A stretch of DNA of 64,000 nt, taken from positions 61,869,215 through 61,933,214 of the forward strand of contig JARFYF010000104.1 in NCBI GenBank assembly GCA_030265395.1, read 5' to 3'. Both the position numbers and the translations under genes were made by a program. Of the stretch, positions 63,609 to 64,000 are shown piece by piece. This DNA comes from Rhina ancylostomus. Lineage: Eukaryota. A model generated the notes under the pieces. It ran no database searches and had not been told where the DNA came from. It worked only from the letters and a program-made list of their open reading frames with translations. Each line of letters opens with the position of its first letter. Positions within the stretch are counted from its first letter, which is position 1.

Positions 63609-64000
63609 TGTTATTGGAAACTAAAATAAGTCCTAGACACTCACATGCTCATGAGAGTCCAGGGTCTTATTTATTTCCAGGACACTGTGATCTGCTGCTG
63701 GTCTGCTTTGCTCAGGTTCATTTCTAAACCCAGGGAGAGCATTCCATTAATGGACCTTGTTTAGGAATTGGTCCTTCTAAAGTAACAAATTTTAGTGTTA
63801 ATTAAATATTCCTGGATGGCATTTAAGTATCAAAATATTTTAAATGAAGTCAAATGTTGTTCATTTTAGTATGACATAAATGAGCAGGTTGATTCCAAGT
63901 CTGTGCACAGTGTACCAGTAGTGGCATTAAGTCATTAACCCTCCTGCAGTCTTCTTTGTTGTCTTTATTCTGATCAGGCCATGAAGTGTAGAATGTGGAA

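Overview
AT-rich, repeat-dense vertebrate DNA from a gapped draft assembly (many 100-N gaps). The repeat repertoire points to a cartilaginous fish, probably a ray or skate (inference from family motifs, no database search). It comprises CR1 LINEs, Rex1/Babar LINEs, L2, RTE, V-SINE/HE1-like and SacSINE1/DeuSINE-like SINEs, and Penelope-type fold-back elements. I cannot support any host protein-coding gene, tRNA, rRNA or CRISPR array. Most recognisable ORFs in the track are decayed retrotransposon fragments, and the rest look like gap artefacts or chance frames, so the window looks like a gene desert or large intron. Most notable: (1) a dispersed family of short fold-back elements with hammerhead-ribozyme-like cores, one flanked by a 12-bp target-site duplication; (2) a 200-bp near-identical inverted duplication with a 61-bp tandem duplication at its junction; (3) V-SINEs carrying two different LINE-like 3' tails; (4) cryptic hAT-Charlie transposase and Harbinger Myb/SANT relics largely missed by the ORF track; (5) a dispersed solo-LTR-like repeat; (6) repeat-poor islands with PBX-HOX/MEIS motifs. 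Repeat boundaries are read by eye and approximate, and family names come from remembered motifs.
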